Source of the DNA: Nostoc punctiforme PCC 73102
GTDB lineage: Bacteria; Cyanobacteriota; Cyanobacteriia; Cyanobacteriales; Nostocaceae
Assembly: GCF_000020025.1 (NCBI RefSeq)
Contig: NC_010628.1
Location: forward strand, 5,400,001 to 5,432,000
Direction of reading: 5' to 3'
Length of the DNA: 32,000 bases
The translations under genes and the position numbers were made by a program. Shown one piece after another: positions 26,384-32,000 of the stretch. Under the pieces are notes generated by a model. It searched no databases and was not told where the DNA came from. It was given only the letters and a program-made list of their open reading frames with translations. Numbering within the stretch: the first letter of the stretch is position 1; each line of letters starts with the position of its first letter.

Positions 26384-27841
26384 TTATCCTACAGCCTTTT
26401 GAATACCTACAACTTCAACCTGCTGCACTTCTGGCAACAAAAGCTTCACACCTTGCTTAACAAATCCCTGCAAAAAACCAATCTGCTGATTCTGCTGAAA
26501 TACTTTTTGCAATGTTTGCCGCAAATTCTCCAAATTCAAACCAGTTCCAGAATCTATTGCTATTTCCTGCTGTTGGAAATACTCGACTAGACTTAACCCT
26601 GCGACTCTAGTCAGATAAGCTGCACTTACTCCCTGCGCTACGCCACCAGCAACAAAGGTAACGGCATTACTTTTAAGAACAGTACTAATCGCCTTTGTAG
26701 AAAGTTCAACTAAACCCAGTTTCAGCATCAAACTTCCCATTGTTCCAGCTACAGTTTGTGCTTGTTCTAGGGAAAACTTCTGCTGATAGATATTACCCAA
26801 ATCCATTACCATTTGAGCATTAATTGCCGCAGTCGCTAGAATATCAAGGGCTGGGACTGGGTTAGCAAAGGCAGCAGCCGCAGCTATCCATTGATATTGT
26901 TCAATAATTGGGGTGGCGCGATCGCGTCTGGTTCCATTCAGCCAGTTTTTTGCCTCAGCTTTCAACAACCCAGCTTTCCTCATGGTAGTTACCCAAACCA
27001 GGCGTTGTCTTTGCTGTGCAAAAACTTCATCCAACTGCTGAGTTAACTGCTGGATATCTGCTGTTGGTTGTTCCATCCACTCTTGCACACCACCATCAGC
27101 CTCATGCTTTCGGACTTTGATGGCAATGGGAGAGGCGGCTGTTGCAACTACATTTCCCTGCATTCGCTGTTTCAATGACAGCAAGATGCTGGCGCTTTCA
27201 TCAGCTAAATACTGGTCTTGTTTGTTGAAAACCAGGATTGTCGCCTGATTTGCTGCTTTTAGCTGCTGTAGGGTTTGAAATTCTGAGTCTGTCAAATCAC
27301 CGTTTGTCAGGAATAGAACAAAATCAGATTTTGCAACTTCTGCTAAAACAACTGCATCTGAGTTGTCACCCGTTTCTCTAAATAAAGGTGCTGTCTCTTC
27401 TAAAGACACCAAATTTTGTGTCTCTAGATTTTGTTTTAGTACTTGAATTAAGGTGCTTTTACCCACGGATTTCCCGCCAGTCACAGCCACTTTAATTTTT
27501 TGTCTGTCTAATTCCAACAACAATTGGACAACTTGTTCTCGTAGTGTCTGTAACGCCGGATGGTTTTCTGATTCTTGTGCCAGTTGGTTAATTACAGTTT
27601 CAGTTTTAGCGATCGCACTTTCCACAGTTGCCCGATCTACGAATCTATCATCTAGCTGCTTTAAACTGTCTTTCGGGCGATTTTGCTGGAATAACCACAA
27701 ACCACCGCCTACAGCTAAGGCACTCAACAAACCAAACTCACCCACCTGCACTATCGAATCGTGCCAACTGTCCAACATCCACAGAGAAAAGGACAGTCCC
27801 AATCCTCCCACTAAAATTGGTCGCTGCAACTTCACAACCAT
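26384..27841 (-). CDS. membrane GTPase with DUF697-like C-terminal domain (paralogue of 11214-12695)
   Basis: Two N-terminal TM helices, a coiled-coil region, G1 VTGGKSVGKSTLIQVL and G4 FNKQDQY. The C-terminal region FANPVPALDILATAAINAQMVMDLGNIYQ aligns by eye with the other GTPase. Confidence 0.75.
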   Translation of the reverse strand: MVVKLQRPILVGGLGLSFSLWMLDSWHDSIVQVGEFGLLSALAVGGGLWLFQQNRPKDSLKQLDDRFVDRATVESAIAKTETVINQLAQESENHPALQTLREQVVQLLLELDRQKIKVAVTGGKSVGKSTLIQVLKQNLETQNLVSLEETAPLFRETGDNSDAVVLAEVAKSDFVLFLTNGDLTDSEFQTLQQLKAANQATILVFNKQDQYLADESASILLSLKQRMQGNVVATAASPIAIKVRKHEADGGVQEWMEQPTADIQQLTQQLDEVFAQQRQRLVWVTTMRKAGLLKAEAKNWLNGTRRDRATPIIEQYQWIAAAAAFANPVPALDILATAAINAQMVMDLGNIYQQKFSLEQAQTVAGTMGSLMLKLGLVELSTKAISTVLKSNAVTFVAGGVAQGVSAAYLTRVAGLSLVEYFQQQEIAIDSGTGLNLENLRQTLQKVFQQNQQIGFLQGFVKQGVKLLLPEVQQVEVVGIQKAVG

Positions 27842-27884
27842 GATTCTCCGCGCCTTTTAGATGGCTATTTCTTCCAGAATAGAT

Positions 27885-27932
27885 CAAAACAAAACAAAAA
27901 CCCTGCAATCTTCAACGATTGTAGGGTTTTTG
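27885..27932 (-). terminator. intrinsic terminator after tRNA-fMet
   Basis: Stem ccctgcaatc (27901-27910) with gattgtaggg (27917-27926) and a 6-nt loop. It is flanked by an A-run upstream and a T-run downstream, so it could work in both directions. The minus-strand RNA has one A-C mismatch in the stem. Confidence 0.65.
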
Positions 27933-27941
27933 TTTTTTATT

Positions 27942-28018
<77 letters not shown>

Positions 28019-28064
28019 TTGCTCTCGACTTATTCATATTAACCTATAGTCAAGAGTTTGGCAA

Positions 28065-29018
28065 CTACAAAAACGATAATTCTCCAATTACTTCTAAACG
28101 GGTGTATTTTCCCAAGGTGGCAAACTTTTCTGAGAGGCTTTCGGCGGCGCTAGGACTAATCCAACCCATTTGCTTAAGTAAGTGAATAGCAACGGCATGT
28201 TTTGCCCGTTTTGTCCCATCCATGACTTTGATTGCTAATCCCAAGCCTTCACCGAGTCTACCAATGCACTGAACTCCTTCAGCACCACTTTTACTGACCA
28301 GTTCCCCTGGAGTTAAGCGCATTAGTTCCGTATCAAATTCTCCATCTCCTGCTACCATCGCGGGGTGATGAGTCATAGCACGGACGATACGCTCCATATC
28401 TAGATTGGTACTAGAGGCTAGCAGCGCATATAAAGATGCCATGTGACCGAGTTGCATCAAATAAGTTGGTGCGCCACAGTCATCATGAGCGCTGATAAAT
28501 TCTGCTGCTGGCATTCGCAGCAACTCTGCTACTTTGCCCAAAATCAATTGCTGTATTGGGTGCTTGCGATCCAAGTAGTTATTCAAAGGCCAACGGCGTT
28601 GCTGACAAACAGCTAACATTCCCGCATGTTTTCCAGAGCAATTGTATTCCAGAGGACTGTGCTTACCTTCAGGAATTGGACACTGGAGTATGGTGGGGTC
28701 AAGATCAGCTCGCCACAGGATGTTAAATACCTGTCGGACTTGATCTATTGTTCCTTTATGGGAACTTGTCATAATTGCTAAGTCGCGATCGCTGAGGTCA
28801 TAGCGTTCCAGTGTACCTGTGGTGGTGACTGCGAGTGCCTGAAATGGTTTGAGGGCTGAACGGATAAATGCAGCAGTTTCAGAATTACCGGCAACGGTTA
28901 GAACGCGTCCCCGATCGTCGCATACAACTGCTTGGACTATATGCCTGGATTCAATAATACCTTCCCGCAGCAACCTGACTTCCAGTGCTGTGGCTTGAGT
29001 TCGTTTTCCCATTGTCAT
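28065..29018 (-). CDS. asparaginase, PF06089 (Rhizobium-type / asparaginase II family)
   Basis: Motifs SALKPFQALAV, TSSHKG, CSGKHAGMLAV and GAEGVQC. 317 aa. Confidence 0.75.
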   Translation of the reverse strand: MTMGKRTQATALEVRLLREGIIESRHIVQAVVCDDRGRVLTVAGNSETAAFIRSALKPFQALAVTTTGTLERYDLSDRDLAIMTSSHKGTIDQVRQVFNILWRADLDPTILQCPIPEGKHSPLEYNCSGKHAGMLAVCQQRRWPLNNYLDRKHPIQQLILGKVAELLRMPAAEFISAHDDCGAPTYLMQLGHMASLYALLASSTNLDMERIVRAMTHHPAMVAGDGEFDTELMRLTPGELVSKSGAEGVQCIGRLGEGLGLAIKVMDGTKRAKHAVAIHLLKQMGWISPSAAESLSEKFATLGKYTRLEVIGELSFL

Positions 29019-29052
29019 GGGTTTATATTTATTACCTTTTTTTAATTAATTT

Positions 29053-29112
29053 TAGTCATTGGTCATTGGTAATTAGTCCTTAGCTAATGACTAATGACTA
29101 ATGACCAATGAC
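29053..29112. repeat. inverted pair of STRR heptamer arrays
   Basis: agtcatt ggtcatt ggtaatt agtcctt / agctaat gactaat gactaat gaccaat gact. The right half is roughly the reverse complement of the left, giving a long imperfect hairpin between ycf36 and the asparaginase gene. Confidence 0.8.
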
Positions 29113-29115
29113 TCT

Positions 29116-29616
29116 TTAAAACAAATGCCAAACTATCGTACCAGTAACGTACATTCCCGCCAAGCCAGCAAAGGTAAATTGCAACCGCCGCAGAATGGGT
29201 TTGATTTCGTATGCAACAATTAAGCGATCGCGGTTAAGGATTTCCTGTGGTTTCGTCCAAGTTTGGCCGTCGTACCAGCCGGACTCTTCATAAAATACTG
29301 TGGGACTGCCAAGGCGATCGCACACGTAAAACCAGCCTAAGTATAATCTTACCAGTGCCAGTACGACCCCGACACTGGCTGCTGCTGCACCACAAAGGAT
29401 AAAATGTGCAATATACTTGTGGGGGGGAAAACTTGTTGCTGCCACAGGTGCTGCGATCAGCCAAGATAAACCCCAAATCCAAGCTATTTTCGTGATATAA
29501 TCGCGCAAATCTAAAGTGCTATCACGAAACAACCAGGAAGTTTTTAACTCTTCGTACTCATTGAGTGGTTGTTGGTCTATGGGAACTGGGCAATTTGAAA
29601 CCGAAGACCTAATCAT
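29116..29616 (-). CDS. ycf36: Ycf36 / DUF1230 (CGLD27-like) membrane protein
   Basis: N-terminal [22 protein letters not shown] followed by two TM helices. This matches the pattern I recall for cyanobacterial and plastid Ycf36. Confidence 0.55.
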   Translation of the reverse strand: MIRSSVSNCPVPIDQQPLNEYEELKTSWLFRDSTLDLRDYITKIAWIWGLSWLIAAPVAATSFPPHKYIAHFILCGAAAASVGVVLALVRLYLGWFYVCDRLGSPTVFYEESGWYDGQTWTKPQEILNRDRLIVAYEIKPILRRLQFTFAGLAGMYVTGTIVWHLF

Positions 29617-30071
29617 GTTGGCTTACCTTCACCCTCATCAGATTCTGGAAGGGAAATACGCTCTGCATGAATCCAGAACGCTTCTAAATTATAAAACTCC
29701 CGTTCTTTGGGCATCATGATGTGAACGATCACATCACCATAATCTTGTAGTACCCAACTACCCTCGACTTTTCCTTCTGTCCTTATGGGACGACGTTGCA
29801 ATTCAGTTTCGACTTTTCCTTCAATTGCTTGAGCGATCGCTCTTACTTGTACCCTAGAATAGCCAGTCATCATCACAAAGTAATCGGCTAGATAAGATAC
29901 CTCTGCTACTTTGAGCAATAAAATCTCACCCGCTTTGCGGTCTGATGCAGCTTCTGCGATCGTTGCAGCTAATTTTCCGCTCTCCTCTTCAGTATGGGCG
30001 TGGCTCTTTACCACACTCTTCGTCAGTGGGACAGATTGTAATGGGAAATTTCCTTGGAAATAGTCAGTCAT
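29613..30071 (-). CDS. rsfS: ribosome silencing factor RsfS (iojap family)
   Basis: [40 protein letters not shown] ... [28 protein letters not shown]. Confidence 0.9.
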   Translation of the reverse strand: MTDYFQGNFPLQSVPLTKSVVKSHAHTEEESGKLAATIAEAASDRKAGEILLLKVAEVSYLADYFVMMTGYSRVQVRAIAQAIEGKVETELQRRPIRTEGKVEGSWVLQDYGDVIVHIMMPKEREFYNLEAFWIHAERISLPESDEGEGKPT

Positions 30072-30607
30072 TAAACCTCAGGTGCTTTTTTCCTTTGAAA
30101 CAATTGTTTACATTTACTTACAAATAACAAACAATTGATCTGACAAATGTGTCAATAGGTTTTTTTGAATACTAACAAAAAAACAGGTGTTTATGGGGGC
30201 TAGTTTAATAATTGCTGTTTACTAAAAACTACAATACAACACAGCAGATTCATGCCTGGTCTACCAATAGCGTGATTGGCATCAGTGTAGTATTTAGTAT
30301 TAGAGGATACTGAAGCACCCCTACTCTATAGTTAAAAAATTGGTGTTCCCACATATTTAATGAAGTGAAGCTGTGGGATTTTGGGTTCAAAACGTATTTG
30401 AAACTCCCTTGTCTATTAGCTAATATGCTTGAACTAAGCCTTTTTCCTCTGCCTTGACTTCCTTTGCTTGCCTCAAAAGAGATATTTCTTTAACCTAAGC
30501 GTATTGGTCTATTGTTGTATCTTTAAAAGTATAATTAATCACCCTCATAATCAGTTTGTATTTAGATAATGAGGGTATAATTGCAATTTTCTGAATTGGT
30601 CACATCC

Positions 30608-31888
30608 TTATGGGCTTTCTGCTCTAGATACTGTAACTCTTGTAGACTGAATAGCTGCACGATCTGCCGTCAATGAGTAACACAACGACTCATACTGATT
30701 TAAAGCTTGCTCAAAAGCATAGTTCTCAATGGCATATTGGCGACTTTTATAACCCAGAGTTTTTACCTTTTCGGGATTTTGATACAAATCTAAAATTGCC
30801 ATTGCTAAAGCTTGAGGATCTTCTGGAGGAACGATAACTCCGCCGCCACTTTGTTTGATTGCTCTTGCTGCTGTACCATTATCGGGTACAGATGCAACTA
30901 AAGCTCCTCCACTGGCAAGTAGCACTTGAATTTTTGACGGCATATTGAAAGATACAATATTTTTCTTTTGCACCACTAAGCCAACATCAGCAGCTGCCAA
31001 CATTTGTGGCAAATCTTTGCGGGGTTGAAATGGCAGTAGCAAAACGTTATCTGCGCCGCAGTCTAGACATTCTTGTTGCAATCGCTGTAAACCTTTTGCC
31101 TCTCCAACGATAACAAAAACAATATTTGGGATATGGCGCAACATAGAAGCGGCTTTGACAACGCTTTCTAAGCCTTGGGTTAGAGCAATGTTGCCAGAAT
31201 AAAGTACTACAAATTTGTCATTTAGATTATGTGCTGCACGGAAAGGGTTATTTTCTTTAGGCAAAGGGCGGATAAAATTTACATCAACCCAGTTGGGAAT
31301 TTGCACAATTTTGTCAGCTTCTACGCCCTTAGAGCGCAAATTGTCCACAAAGCCATCGGCGATCACGCTAATCTTACTGGCAGTGTGGTATGCAAATTTT
31401 TCCAACACAGTAAATAACTTTATAAGCAATTTGTTTTTCAGTAGACCGACGTGGACGGCTGCTTCTGGTAATATATCTTGTAGATTTAAGATTACAGGGC
31501 AAGCACGTAACCATCCTAAAAGAGCAACTGGCACACAGCTTGGCAAAGATGGCGATGTTGAAAGAATAACATCTGGCCGCCAACCGATGAGGGCGGGCAC
31601 AAAACTAGTGACAACGAAACTAGCATCTAATAACACTCGATCTAATAGGTTAGGTTGTGGACGAATCCAAACATAACTGCGTTGGATTTGAACGCCATTT
31701 TTGTATTCGTTGAGATACCACTTGCCCCGATATTCCTGGTAAATTTGACGCTCAGGGTAGTTGGGCATAGCGGTGACTACGCGTACTTGATGCCCACGCT
31801 TCACTAGTCCCTCTGCTAATTCAGTCATCAGTGGGGCAATACCAATTGGCTCTGGATAGTAGTTGTAAGAGTAAATTAAAATTCGCAT
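30608..31888 (-). CDS. GT4-family glycosyltransferase (WcaI-like)
   Basis: MRILIYSYNYYPEPIGIAPLMTELAEGLVKRGHQVRVVT, with a C-terminal GT-B region. ATG 31888 preferred over the upstream TTG 31930. Confidence 0.8.
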   Translation of the reverse strand: MRILIYSYNYYPEPIGIAPLMTELAEGLVKRGHQVRVVTAMPNYPERQIYQEYRGKWYLNEYKNGVQIQRSYVWIRPQPNLLDRVLLDASFVVTSFVPALIGWRPDVILSTSPSLPSCVPVALLGWLRACPVILNLQDILPEAAVHVGLLKNKLLIKLFTVLEKFAYHTASKISVIADGFVDNLRSKGVEADKIVQIPNWVDVNFIRPLPKENNPFRAAHNLNDKFVVLYSGNIALTQGLESVVKAASMLRHIPNIVFVIVGEAKGLQRLQQECLDCGADNVLLLPFQPRKDLPQMLAAADVGLVVQKKNIVSFNMPSKIQVLLASGGALVASVPDNGTAARAIKQSGGGVIVPPEDPQALAMAILDLYQNPEKVKTLGYKSRQYAIENYAFEQALNQYESLCYSLTADRAAIQSTRVTVSRAESP

Positions 31889-32000
31889 AAAAGTTAGTCT
31901 GAAGTACCCCGGTTTTTTGTTGAAGGACAAATATTTATCTTCAACATTGTTTAGAGCTTAGAAACTCTTATATTTAATTGTGACTTCAGACTCTTTTTCT

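Noticed and set aside
30072-30607. The 536-bp spacer scanned for ncRNA or small ORFs, including the TGACA-N4-TGTCA palindrome near 30141-30154 and the hairpin accctcat...atgagggt near 30541-30578.
   Set aside because: Only short stems and ORFs of 10-17 codons are present, and nothing matches a known RNA family that I can recognise. It is left as a candidate region only.

Overview
The window looks like a chromosomal segment of a filamentous, probably Nostocales, cyanobacterium. Evidence: about three dozen GCGATCGC (HIP1) octamers counted by eye, heptameric STRR-type repeats in many spacers, photosystem II genes and an xisI homologue. Most of it is ordinary housekeeping DNA. Recognisable genes are a GH38 alpha-mannosidase, psbN/psbH, tatA, pth, rpsU, an SPFH protein, folP, tpiA, queE, initiator tRNA-fMet, a PF06089-type asparaginase, ycf36 and rsfS, plus envelope-sugar genes (a STAS-fused sugar transferase and a GT4 glycosyltransferase). 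psbN (43 aa) and rpsU (59 aa) are real genes that fall below the ORF-track cutoff. I see no convincing multi-gene novel system and say so plainly. The most unusual locus is a membrane-anchored P-loop NTPase-TPR protein (12739-15030). Its TPR region contains perfectly duplicated 102-bp units, and its upstream region carries a non-coding 21-bp x 7 phased tandem array. Other items worth a second look: a 1242-bp IS with 25-bp perfect inverted repeats and a frameshifted DDE transposase that truncates xisI; a deletion scar joining the 5' parts of two convergent genes; a 236-bp MITE-like element; a short palindromic repeat family with one copy in frame inside the mannosidase gene; a STAS-phosphoglycosyltransferase fusion; and two paralogous GTPases with DUF697-like tails. 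All functional calls come from motif recognition by eye. No database search was run.
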